DNA of 64,000 nucleotides from Clostridia bacterium (GTDB lineage: Bacteria; Bacillota; Clostridia; UMGS1883): contig JAFQLL010000096.1 of NCBI GenBank assembly GCA_017414645.1, positions 234-64,233 of the forward strand. Reading direction: 5' to 3'. The translations under genes and the position numbers were made by a program. The notes under the pieces are model-generated. The model worked only from the letters and a program-made list of their open reading frames with translations. It did not search any database and had not been told where the DNA came from. Shown one piece after another: positions 16,046 to 24,870 of this stretch (positions within the stretch are counted from its first letter, which is position 1; every line of letters begins with the position of its first letter).

Positions 16046-18763
16046 TTATCTTTCGATAGCTGTTGTGAAAACAACGATATCTGTGATAACGTCTTCGTCT
16101 TCAGCAGTTGTCTTAACGAATGCGTTCTGAGCATACTTTGTGGAAGAAGCCTTAACGTTTGTAATGCTACCAGCCTTAACTGTCATCTTGTTGCCTGTGT
16201 AGTCAACAACGATTACGTTAACGTCTTCTGCAAAGTAGTACTTATCTGTGTCGTCAAGTTCAACAAACTTAGAGGACTTATCTGTGATTTCACCAGCGTG
16301 GATGGATACGAATTCTTCGGACCATTCTGTTACGATGTCTTCAACTTCGCCAAGTTCGCCTGTGCCTTCTTCGTTAGATGTGTAAAGAACTTCAACGTCT
16401 GTTACATATTCACCGGATTCAGCGTAAAGAACAACGTTACCCTTTTCAAGTTCGGGAAGAGCGTTAACTTCATCGGGATCAACGATTACGGATACTGTAG
16501 CGCCAGCTACAACACCTGTGATCTTAACTGTATCTTCGTCGTCTGCAACTACGTCAGAGATCTTTGTAACAACCATAACGGGAGCTTCTGTGCTGAGAGC
16601 TGTCTTAGCATCTTCAACTACGAGAACTTCGGGAACTTCGTCTTCTTCACCGTAAGCTGTGAACTTGTAGGAAGATTCATCATCGAAGAGAGCACCAACA
16701 GTTGTAACTGTGATAGCATCTTCAAGATCTTCTTCTGTTGTATCCTTGTGGAATACGAGAACGTCAGCTGTAAGGTCAACAGAACCGTATGTGCCACGAG
16801 CTTCCTTGTATTCTACTTCGTTTTCTTCATAGTATCTGTCGTTAGCTACGAAGCCTTCTTCAGAACCGGGGAAGTAGATTACAGCGATTTCGCCTGCAGC
16901 TGTTGTGTCGATCTTTACAAGACCTTCGAAGCCATCAACGAATTCGTAAGCTTCAGCATTTGTAAGGTCTTCAGCTTCTTCTTCAGCTGTGTAAACGTCA
17001 ACCTTCTTGGACTTGATTGTGAGAACTTCTACAGCACCTGTAGCTGTAACAACCTTTACAAGGTATTCGTCATCACCGAAGTCACCTTCAGAGAGGTCAG
17101 CATCGATTACGTAAACAAGGTCAGCACCAGCGATGGAGTTAACTGTGTCAACGAAAGCGATCTTACCGGAAGCGTTTACATAGAAGAGACCTTCATCACC
17201 AGCAGCGAGTGTTTCTTCAGCCATAGCGATGGAGCTAAGTTCATAGTCGTTACCGTTGATTGTGTAAACTTCATCGTCTACTTCGTCAACTGTACCTTCA
17301 ACAACTACGGAAGATACATATACTGTAACAACGGGAGCGGAAGCGTCGAGAACTGTGATAACGTTACCAGCTTCGATAGCGTCAGCTTCAACGATCTTAC
17401 CGTCCTTAACTACTGTGAAGAGCATGTCTTCGTTTTCGTAGTCAATTTCAAATTCGTTTTCTTCGTCTTCATCTGTGAATGTCCAGATGTCGTCGTCCTG
17501 AACAACGTCAGCTACTACGAATTCAACTGCATCATCAGCGGGGATTGTAGCAAATACGAATTCGAAATCGCCATCGTTATCGTTGTCAAGAAGTGTGATT
17601 TCGTCAAGATTAGCAACCTTGGATACGATGTCAAGGTCAACTTCGCCAACGTTGAAACCGTTAACAACCATGTTAGCGATATCTTCAACGTCGTTGTTCT
17701 TAATTTCTACAAAGTTCTGAATTTCAGCTTCTGTTGTAGACTTAGCTGTTTCGCTCTTGTAGTATACGATAGATGTTTCATCGATAGCTTCGATGAGTTC
17801 TGTGTCAAGAACAAGTGCGCTGTTCTTACCAGCCTTTGCAGCTACTGCGAATACAGCTTCATCGCCGTCTTCGTTTTCGCCAACATAAGCTGTTACTGTG
17901 TAACCGAGAAGTGTAGCAGCGTCTGTACCATCAGCAACGAGAACGAGTTCGTCAGCTGCTTCGTACATAGCAACATCTTCATCAGCATAGCTCTTTGTTA
18001 CAACGAGTGTAACTGTGTTGTCGCCTTCTTCGTAAGCGTAGTCAGAAAGGTATGTTTCAACGATAACGCCGTCAACCTTTTCGAGTTCGAGCTTTTCAGA
18101 AAGGATTGTCTTGTTTTCAAGAACTTCGTATGTGGAACCATTGATACCTGTAGAGAAGGATGTCTGGTCCATAAGTTCAACTTCAAGTGCATTGTAGATA
18201 AGTCTAGCAACTGTAGCTCTGGAAGCTGCAGCGTTAGCTGTACCAGCAACACCCTTTGTGAAACCTGTTACCTGAGCAGAACCTGCGTAGAGGTAACCGC
18301 CACCAAGGTAACCACCGTTAGCAAGTGCAACGGGTTCGTAACCAAGTGCGCAAACGATCATCTTAACGATCTGGCCGTATGTTACTTCACCTTCGGGGTT
18401 GAATGTGCCATCGCCCATACCATTGATGATGCCGTTAGCATAAGCAACGTTGATGTAACCGGAAGCCCAGTTATCAGCAGCAACGTCTGTGAAGTCTGTT
18501 TCGCCCATTTCAACTTCGTCAGCAAGACCAAGCATACGAACGATCATAGCCGCAGCCTGTGCTCTTGTAACTGTTTCGTCGGGTCTGAATGTACCATCTT
18601 CAAAACCTGTGATAATACCAAGGTTAGAAAGAAGGTTTACTGCATCTGCATAAGAAGCGTTAGAAGCAACGTCGCTGTAGTTTGCTGCGGAAGCAACAAG
18701 ACCCATGGAAGCGATCATAGCTACTGCTACTACTAATGCAAGAACTTTTTTGAGATTTCTCAT
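16046..18763 (-). CDS. S-layer protein with three N-terminal SLH domains (905 aa, highly acidic)
   Basis: Signal peptide MRNLKKVLALVVAVAMIASMGLVASA. SLH repeats: YSDVASNASYADAVNLLSNLGIITGFEDGTFRPDETVTRAQAAAMIVR; FTDVAADNWASGYINVAYANGIINGMGDGTFNPEGEVTYGQIVKMI. SD AAGGAGGA. Strong codon bias. Confidence 0.9.
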   Translation of the reverse strand: MRNLKKVLALVVAVAMIASMGLVASAANYSDVASNASYADAVNLLSNLGIITGFEDGTFRPDETVTRAQAAAMIVRMLGLADEVEMGETDFTDVAADNWASGYINVAYANGIINGMGDGTFNPEGEVTYGQIVKMIVCALGYEPVALANGGYLGGGYLYAGSAQVTGFTKGVAGTANAAASRATVARLIYNALEVELMDQTSFSTGINGSTYEVLENKTILSEKLELEKVDGVIVETYLSDYAYEEGDNTVTLVVTKSYADEDVAMYEAADELVLVADGTDAATLLGYTVTAYVGENEDGDEAVFAVAAKAGKNSALVLDTELIEAIDETSIVYYKSETAKSTTEAEIQNFVEIKNNDVEDIANMVVNGFNVGEVDLDIVSKVANLDEITLLDNDNDGDFEFVFATIPADDAVEFVVADVVQDDDIWTFTDEDEENEFEIDYENEDMLFTVVKDGKIVEADAIEAGNVITVLDASAPVVTVYVSSVVVEGTVDEVDDEVYTINGNDYELSSIAMAEETLAAGDEGLFYVNASGKIAFVDTVNSIAGADLVYVIDADLSEGDFGDDEYLVKVVTATGAVEVLTIKSKKVDVYTAEEEAEDLTNAEAYEFVDGFEGLVKIDTTAAGEIAVIYFPGSEEGFVANDRYYEENEVEYKEARGTYGSVDLTADVLVFHKDTTEEDLEDAITVTTVGALFDDESSYKFTAYGEEDEVPEVLVVEDAKTALSTEAPVMVVTKISDVVADDEDTVKITGVVAGATVSVIVDPDEVNALPELEKGNVVLYAESGEYVTDVEVLYTSNEEGTGELGEVEDIVTEWSEEFVSIHAGEITDKSSKFVELDDTDKYYFAEDVNVIVVDYTGNKMTVKAGSITNVKASSTKYAQNAFVKTTAEDEDVITDIVVFTTAIER

Positions 18764-18984
18764 GTCTCAAATCCTCCTTAAAAATTTTTTGAAAGCAAAT
18801 CTTGTTTGGCACAGCTGCTTCCGCTTTCAAAAAAGCATCTGCGCTTCGACAGGATTCGCATCCTGACTATACTGGGATTATAGCACCTGTTTTTTTTGTA
18901 GTCAATAAGTTATTTCCATCTGTAATAAAACTGTAAAATTTCCATAACATACTGTAACAAAACAGGTTTCTATCCTCAATTGGT

Positions 18985-19013
18985 ATTTTAATCGGCTTAT
19001 ATATAAAAGTCAA
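18985..19013 (-). promoter_or_regulatory. Candidate sigma-A promoter of the S-layer gene (implies a leader of roughly 215 nt)
   Basis: Minus strand: TTGACT (19013-19008), 17-nt spacer, TAAAAT (18990-18985). Confidence 0.4.
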
Positions 19014-19072
19014 CAGCTGTAACCGGACTGTAATATTAGCTTAAAAATTCGTAACATTCGTTACACTGCGTT

Positions 19073-19102
19073 AAAAAAAGGAGCCGAAAAAGCTCCTTTT
19101 TT
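19073..19102. terminator. Bidirectional terminator after the DUF975-like gene
   Basis: AAAAAAAGGAGC-cgaaaa-GCTCCTTTTTT. Confidence 0.7.
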
Positions 19103-19104
19103 AC

Positions 19105-19899
19105 TTAATCATTACTTATCTCTTCATCCTGCACAGTTTTTTCGGTAAACTTTCGGTTTGCTTCGTACAGCGCGGCAACAGAAAGGCTCATGTAAGGAAG
19201 CAGATATATAAGTGTAAGCCCCATGGTAAATGCGGAAAGGAATATCCAGCCGATGAAGGATATTGACAGGATAACAACATTGATTACGGTATTCCAGCCA
19301 ACCATTTTCCAGGAAGCCTTCATTGCGTGGATAACATTTTTACATTCGGTGTCTGCAAGAATGATTTCTACAAACATGAACTTTGCTGCTAAGAAATAAA
19401 TTATAATCTGAAAAACCCAGGACAGCATTACAACAAAGTCGGCGTTGGCACCCGACGCTATGAGCCCATCGAGCAGATTTGTCAGAAGAAAGGTAAGAGC
19501 AGCGCTTAACGCAGGATAGATAGCTGCAATGTACCATTTGTCATAAAAGCAGAGGATGTTTTTAATTTTAACCTCTTTCCCCCGGAGCAAGTCCAGAAGA
19601 AGCTTCTGTGCCCCTACGGAAATAAATGCAAATATAACGAAGAACAAGCTCATTGCAGAGGAGCTTATGTTCATAAGGGTATCAAAATACACGGACCTTG
19701 CATCGTAGCTGTCAAACTTTCCGTTTATTACAAGGTCAAAGGAAGCCTTCGCTTCGGGAACAAAAGCCATTACAAGAATGGTACAGAGGGTAACGCACAG
19801 CATTGGTGCCACTGCCGCAACAAATGCCTTAAAAAATCTCCCTCGCATTGCCGCCTTGGCATGTCGTTTTAATATATAGGTAGGAAATAGGGGTTTCAT
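19105..19899 (-). CDS. Polytopic membrane protein, DUF975-like
   Basis: 264 aa with at least 5 TM helices. N-terminal ILKRHAKAAMRGRFFKAFVAAV resembles the DUF975 family pattern. Confidence 0.55.
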   Translation of the reverse strand: MKPLFPTYILKRHAKAAMRGRFFKAFVAAVAPMLCVTLCTILVMAFVPEAKASFDLVINGKFDSYDARSVYFDTLMNISSSAMSLFFVIFAFISVGAQKLLLDLLRGKEVKIKNILCFYDKWYIAAIYPALSAALTFLLTNLLDGLIASGANADFVVMLSWVFQIIIYFLAAKFMFVEIILADTECKNVIHAMKASWKMVGWNTVINVVILSISFIGWIFLSAFTMGLTLIYLLPYMSLSVAALYEANRKFTEKTVQDEEISND

Positions 19900-19975
19900 T
19901 TATCGTTTTCTCCTTCCGAGGGTGTTTTTTCCTATTATATATTATAACTGATGAATTTGCAACAGATTTTAGTTT

Positions 19976-19993
19976 TGCGACCTTATTGCGACA
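19976..19993 (+). promoter_or_regulatory. Two Spo0A-box-like heptamers upstream of spoIIE
   Basis: TGCGACC (19976-19982) and TGCGACA (19987-19993), 11 bp apart. Each is one mismatch from the reverse 0A box TTCGACA. Confidence 0.25.
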
Positions 19994-20054
19994 GCTTTTC
20001 CCACAAGATATTTGTTATACTTTTAACACAGAAGAGGAAAGGTCAGTGATACTA

Positions 20055-22403
20055 ATGATTAAAAGGTTGAATTTGTTGAAAAAAATGGTGTCGCGTATGA
20101 AGGCAGAGCTGGAAAGGAAAGGCGTTCCGATGCCGTCTTTTGCGGATGTGTTTTTCTTTGTTATGGGCATACTCTGCGGGCGAAGTACGCTTTTTGGGTT
20201 GCTTAAGCCCTTTGGCGGAGCTTTTTTTGCTGCTGTTTTTTCGGGCAGGTTTTCCTACCTATATATAATAGCTGCAATTTTCGGGCAGGTGTTTTCAGGG
20301 TCGCCATTGTACGAAACAGGAAAATACATATTTGCCATGACCTTTTTTGCACTGATTATTGAAAAGCTACCCGGAAAGCCCGAGGTAAAAACCCTTACAA
20401 GAAGCTGGATATATACACTTTCCCTGGCACTTTCAGGCCTCTTTTTCATGTTTACCACATCACGTGGTATTGCTTTTACAACAGCTTACGACCTTATGCT
20501 GTTATTTTTAGAGTGCGCGGTGGCATTTTCGGCAACGGCTGCCTTCCACAGGGCAATTCCCGTAATAAAAAAGGCAAAGCTTTCGTTTTCGTTTTCTTCA
20601 GGTGAAGAAATAGGGTTGGTTTCGTTTTTAGGTTGCGCATTATGGGGCGCAAAGGATATTTTCAGTTTTGGTGTTATTAATTTTTCCAATGTTATATGCA
20701 TTCTGATTGTTCTGGTTTTTTCAATAAGGCTGGGCAGTTCACGAGGGGTTATTGCAGGGCTTACGATGGGATTGGTGTCGGCGCTTGGCAGCGGCAGAAT
20801 TGACGTAAGCTGTGTTTCCTACGCATTTTCTGCCCTGGCAGCCTCCATGGCAGGCATTTACGGTGCAATAAGCGGCTGCAGCGCCTTTATTCTTGCCAAC
20901 GCTCTGGTTACAGCATTGGCAAACGGGTCAACAGAGGTTCTTATAAATCTTTACGACATTATATGCGCCTGCCTGCTCTATGCACTTATTCCCGAAAAGC
21001 ACCTTCTCAGGCTTACCAGCTTTGGCTCAAGAGACGAAAAGGACCGCCTTTACGAAGATGAAAGATGTTACAGCGACTACATTCTGACAAAGGCGCAAAA
21101 TGCCTTGGAGGCAATGGAAAAACGCATGGCAACCCTTCACAAAAAGCGCTATTGTGCAAACGAGATAGAGTCGAGATTTTTTGAGCGCACTGCACGCAAG
21201 GGCTGCTTAGGCTGCGGAATGAGGCGAGTTTGCTGGAATAGAGATTTTGAAAAAACCACACGCCTTCTTACCCGCGCCCTTACAGATAATATAGAAACAG
21301 GAAAATTAAAGAGCGACCTCTTGCCACCTAACTGTCTCAGACCTAAGGAGTTTCGCGAGGCATTTTTGCAATCTGCCGAAATTTACAGGATTGAAAAAAT
21401 GTGGCAGGGCAAAATGAACGAGGTGTATCATGCATCGCAAAACAGGCTGTCGGCATTTTCGGAAATACTTTCTGCCGCTCATAATTTCCTATCCTTGCAC
21501 CACACCTTCGACAGAGCTCTTGCAGACGATATAGAACGCCGCCTTTTAGCTTCGGGCAAAAATTTTTCAGCCGTTACAGTTATGCGCGATGGCGACGGAG
21601 ACCCTACGGTTATTTTGTCTTTAAGCGGCTGCGAGGAGCTTTCACTTTTTGAAAAAAGCACTGCCGAAATAATAAGTGCGGCATGCGGAAGAAAAATGAC
21701 ACGTGCCGGGAAACGCGACTGCAGCGACTTTACCGAAAAATATGTTATAAAGCCCACAGAAGGCGTGAGCTTTGCCATTGCGGGAAAAGGTTGCGGCAGA
21801 AAAGGCACTTCGGGCGACAGTGTCAGGTGGCGACTTATTGACAAGTCTCTTTACGCCGCTGTGCTTTGCGACGGTATGGGCACAGGGGAAAAAGCAGCTG
21901 CGGAAGCCCGAAGTGCTGCCGAAACCTTGCTGGATTTGATAGAATCGGGCGTAGATGGCGAAGCAGCAGTAAAAATTGTAAACTCGCTCTTTATTCCCTA
22001 TGGCGAGGCAACCTTTTCTGCAACGGATTTATATCTTTACAATACAGCACAGAAAAGTGTGCAAATAATTAAATGCGGAGGTGTAGCCTCATTCATGAAA
22101 TCCGGGGAAAGAGTAGACGCTCTTTACTCACGGAGCTTGCCTTTAGGCTCAATATTAAAAAGCAACGTTGAAACCTTTACCCTGCCCGCAAAATCCGGAG
22201 ATATAACTGTGATGGTTTCAGACGGAGTGTTGGAAACAACAGGAGAAAATGCACTTAAAGACACCTGGCTTATAGACACTCTGGAGAGCTTTAAGGGCGA
22301 CAACCCTCGCATGCTTGCAGAGAGCATTGTAAACAGAGCTCTGGAAAAATGCCACCGCGAACCCAAGGACGACATAACCGTACTTGCAGCCATGATTAAA
22401 TAG
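20055..22403 (+). CDS. spoIIE: Stage II sporulation protein E (membrane PP2C phosphatase)
   Basis: About 10 N-terminal TM helices, central domain, C-terminal PP2C (LCDGMGTGEKAAAEARSA...VSDGVLE...DDITVLAAMI). The start at ATG 20055 is uncertain (track start is TTG 19986). Confidence 0.85.
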   Translation: MIKRLNLLKKMVSRMKAELERKGVPMPSFADVFFFVMGILCGRSTLFGLLKPFGGAFFAAVFSGRFSYLYIIAAIFGQVFSGSPLYETGKYIFAMTFFALIIEKLPGKPEVKTLTRSWIYTLSLALSGLFFMFTTSRGIAFTTAYDLMLLFLECAVAFSATAAFHRAIPVIKKAKLSFSFSSGEEIGLVSFLGCALWGAKDIFSFGVINFSNVICILIVLVFSIRLGSSRGVIAGLTMGLVSALGSGRIDVSCVSYAFSALAASMAGIYGAISGCSAFILANALVTALANGSTEVLINLYDIICACLLYALIPEKHLLRLTSFGSRDEKDRLYEDERCYSDYILTKAQNALEAMEKRMATLHKKRYCANEIESRFFERTARKGCLGCGMRRVCWNRDFEKTTRLLTRALTDNIETGKLKSDLLPPNCLRPKEFREAFLQSAEIYRIEKMWQGKMNEVYHASQNRLSAFSEILSAAHNFLSLHHTFDRALADDIERRLLASGKNFSAVTVMRDGDGDPTVILSLSGCEELSLFEKSTAEIISAACGRKMTRAGKRDCSDFTEKYVIKPTEGVSFAIAGKGCGRKGTSGDSVRWRLIDKSLYAAVLCDGMGTGEKAAAEARSAAETLLDLIESGVDGEAAVKIVNSLFIPYGEATFSATDLYLYNTAQKSVQIIKCGGVASFMKSGERVDALYSRSLPLGSILKSNVETFTLPAKSGDITVMVSDGVLETTGENALKDTWLIDTLESFKGDNPRMLAESIVNRALEKCHREPKDDITVLAAMIK

Positions 22404-22456
22404 AACATGTATAAAAAAAATCCCTCCGTCAATAATTGTAACGGGAGGGATTTTTT

Positions 22457-22702
22457 ATGGGTACAACCAAAAGGGTTATAATTCTCAGCAATGTTAAGTC
22501 GCCCCTGATTGCCCAGGCGATTTTCATTTTGAAGGACGATGCAGGCGACGAGTTCCATGCAGTGGCAGAAGCTGAGCGCATTGTTGACGCCTACATGGCT
22601 AAAGCATGCTTTTCCAAGCGAATCAGGAATTTTTCTCCTTTAATTTTTACTGTGCTTTTTGCCATTGGCGTTACTTTAGCGCTGATTGCCGCAAATTTTT
22701 AA
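22457..22702 (+). CDS. Small protein (81 aa) with C-terminal TM helix, unknown function
   Basis: SD GGGAGGG 8 nt upstream. The C-terminus is hydrophobic (FSPLIFTVLFAIGVTLALIAANF). Confidence 0.5.
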   Translation: MGTTKRVIILSNVKSPLIAQAIFILKDDAGDEFHAVAEAERIVDAYMAKACFSKRIRNFSPLIFTVLFAIGVTLALIAANF

Positions 22703-22765
22703 ATATTTCCTCTTCTCTTTTTCATATTAATGTTGTATAATGAACCAATAAGGAAGGTTATAGAC

Positions 22766-23338
22766 ATGAAAATTGAGAAGATTCATTTAAACAAAATAAA
22801 GGTTACCTTTACTCCCGCTGACCTTATTGAACACAATCTCAGCGTGTCGGCAGTGAAGGATAATGCCCCCTGGGTACAAAAGGTTCTGATGAGTGTTGTT
22901 CGTCGTGCAGAAGAGGAGGTTGGCTTCTCTGCAGAAAATGCACGACTTATGGTTGAGGCAATGCCTGCCGAGGGCGACGGGTTGGTTATGTACATAACAC
23001 GCCTCGGCTCGGAGGAGGATGTAAAGGATGCACTGGGTGAAGCAAAAAGAAGGCTGAGACTCAAGGTAAAGAGCCTTAACGAGGCTTCCAAGATTGCACT
23101 TATTTCCTTTGAAAGCTTTGAGGATGCCATTGCACTTGCACGTTTTGCCATAGATTGTGATGAAGGATATTTATATTTTCATGAGGGAAAATATCACCTT
23201 GTTACGGATGCGACGGTTGCACACCGTTTTTCTGAATTCGGCAAAATGACCACCGATGAAAAGACCTGTAATCTTGTGTGCGAGCACGGAAAGCTTATTT
23301 GCGACAGTGCCCTTAAAACCTTAAGGAATTATTTTTAG
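22766..23338 (+). CDS. mecA: Adaptor protein MecA (ClpC adaptor)
   Basis: MKIEKIHLNKIKVTFTPADLIEHNLSV... is a MecA-type N-terminus. SD AAGGAAGG. Track start 22730 is an extension. Confidence 0.8.
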   Translation: MKIEKIHLNKIKVTFTPADLIEHNLSVSAVKDNAPWVQKVLMSVVRRAEEEVGFSAENARLMVEAMPAEGDGLVMYITRLGSEEDVKDALGEAKRRLRLKVKSLNEASKIALISFESFEDAIALARFAIDCDEGYLYFHEGKYHLVTDATVAHRFSEFGKMTTDEKTCNLVCEHGKLICDSALKTLRNYF

Positions 23339-23371
23339 AAAAATGTTATGGGAAACCATAACATTTTTTTG
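23339..23371 (+). terminator. Intrinsic terminator after mecA
   Basis: AAATGTTATGG-gaaa-CCATAACATTTTTTT. Confidence 0.75.
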
Positions 23372-23403
23372 TTTTCAGAATATAATTTACTGAGGTGTTT
23401 TGT

Positions 23404-24243
23404 ATGACTGACAGATTTTTGATTATAGGCGGAGGCATAAGACTGGAAAAAGCCTGCGAGGCCTTTGTCAGAAAAGGCTATACCGCAGAAATTTACAAGG
23501 GCGGAAAGCCACTGAAAAATGCTATTGACGAAGCCGACGTTGTTCTTTTGGGGCTTCCTGCATCAAGCGACGGAATAAACGTTGACACAGAACATGGAGA
23601 AAAGATTTCCTTAAGGGATATTGCCGCTCTTTGCTCAGGCAGAAAAAAGTTGCTGGGCGGACGGTTTTCAGAAAAGGAAAAAGCTCTTTTTGATATATAT
23701 TCCGTTCGCTGGGCAGACTATGCCGCCTGTGAGGAGTTTGAAATTTTAAATGCTGTTCCCACTGCCGAGGGTGCCATACAGATTGCCATGGAAGAGTTTC
23801 CCTTTACTATCCACTCCTCCCGTGTTGTGATAACGGGCTTTGGCAAGGTTAGCAAAGCCTTAAGCATTCGCCTTGCTGCATTAGGTGCAGAATGCACTGT
23901 TGTTGCAAGAAAAGCCTCCCAGCGCGCCGAGGCCGAAAGCATGGGCTTTAACGCAGTGGATTTCCCAAGTCTTCCCCATGTGGCAAAAGAATGTCAGATT
24001 TTGTTCAACACCGTTCCTGCACTTGTTTGCGACAAAAATGTTTTGTCGGCTTTAACGCCTTCACAGGGTATAATTGACCTTGCGTCAAAGCCCGGCGGAG
24101 TTGACCTTGAATGCGCAAAGGCTTTTGGCGTAAACGTGGTATGGGCGCTGGGCTTACCAGGTAAGGTTGCCCCTACCTGCGCAGGAGAAATAATACAGAA
24201 AATTGCTTGCAATATAGCATGTGATTTAAGACTGCAAAATTGA
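23404..24243 (+). CDS. dpaA: Dipicolinate synthase subunit A
   Basis: Rossmann segment VITGFGKVSKALSIRLAALGAECTVVARK. Paired with dpaB immediately downstream. ATG 23404 with SD GAGGTG. Confidence 0.85.
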   Translation: MTDRFLIIGGGIRLEKACEAFVRKGYTAEIYKGGKPLKNAIDEADVVLLGLPASSDGINVDTEHGEKISLRDIAALCSGRKKLLGGRFSEKEKALFDIYSVRWADYAACEEFEILNAVPTAEGAIQIAMEEFPFTIHSSRVVITGFGKVSKALSIRLAALGAECTVVARKASQRAEAESMGFNAVDFPSLPHVAKECQILFNTVPALVCDKNVLSALTPSQGIIDLASKPGGVDLECAKAFGVNVVWALGLPGKVAPTCAGEIIQKIACNIACDLRLQN

Positions 24244-24259
24244 AGGGAGGATTTACCCG

Positions 24260-24832
24260 ATGGTAGAGCCCGTGAAAATAGGCTTTGCATTAACGGGGTC
24301 CTTCTGTACCTTTGACAAGGTAATGCAAGAGTTAGAAAAGCTCGCCGAAAAATATGATGTAAGTGTGATAATGAGCAAAGCAGCAAGCAGCACAGACACG
24401 CGCTTCGGCACAGCCGAGAGCTTTATAAAAAAAGCTGAAAGAATTTCAGGCAAAGCTGTTATACATGAAATTTCTGCGGCAGAGCCCATCGGGCCAAAAA
24501 AGCTGTTTGATGCCCTCGTTATTGCTCCATGTACAGGAAACACCCTTGCCAAGCTCGCCTGCGGAATAACAGACACGCCCCCTACCATGGCGGCAAAGGC
24601 ACACCTGCGGAACGAGCGACCGCTTATAATTGCCCCCTCCACAAACGATGGGCTGGGCGCAAATGCCAAAAACATCGGGTTGCTCTTGAACACAACAAAC
24701 ATTTACTTTGTCCCCTTTGGACAGGATGACCCAATAAACAAGCACAAATCTTTAGTTGCAGATTTTACCCGGATTGGTCCTGCGGTTGAAGACGCCCTGA
24801 AGGGCAGACAGCTTCAACCAATCTTGCTCTGA
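24260..24832 (+). CDS. dpaB: Dipicolinate synthase subunit B (flavoprotein)
   Basis: GFALTGSFCTF...IAPCTGNTLAKLACGITDT flavoprotein motifs. SD GAAGGGAGG. Confidence 0.85.
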   Translation: MVEPVKIGFALTGSFCTFDKVMQELEKLAEKYDVSVIMSKAASSTDTRFGTAESFIKKAERISGKAVIHEISAAEPIGPKKLFDALVIAPCTGNTLAKLACGITDTPPTMAAKAHLRNERPLIIAPSTNDGLGANAKNIGLLLNTTNIYFVPFGQDDPINKHKSLVADFTRIGPAVEDALKGRQLQPILL

Positions 24833-24865
24833 AAAAAAAGGTTTTGGCATATGCCAAAACCTTTT
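24832..24865. terminator. Bidirectional terminator between dpaB and the convergent PL11 gene
   Basis: AAAAAAAAGGTTTTGGCATATGCCAAAACCTTTT (perfect palindrome). Confidence 0.75.
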
Positions 24866-24870
24866 CATTA

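Noticed and set aside
16298-18736. 812-aa ORF on the + strand
   Set aside because: It is exactly antisense to the SLH S-layer gene. The product is a Cys/Phe/Val/Asn-rich low-complexity string with no SD. It is a shadow frame created by the strong codon bias of the real gene.
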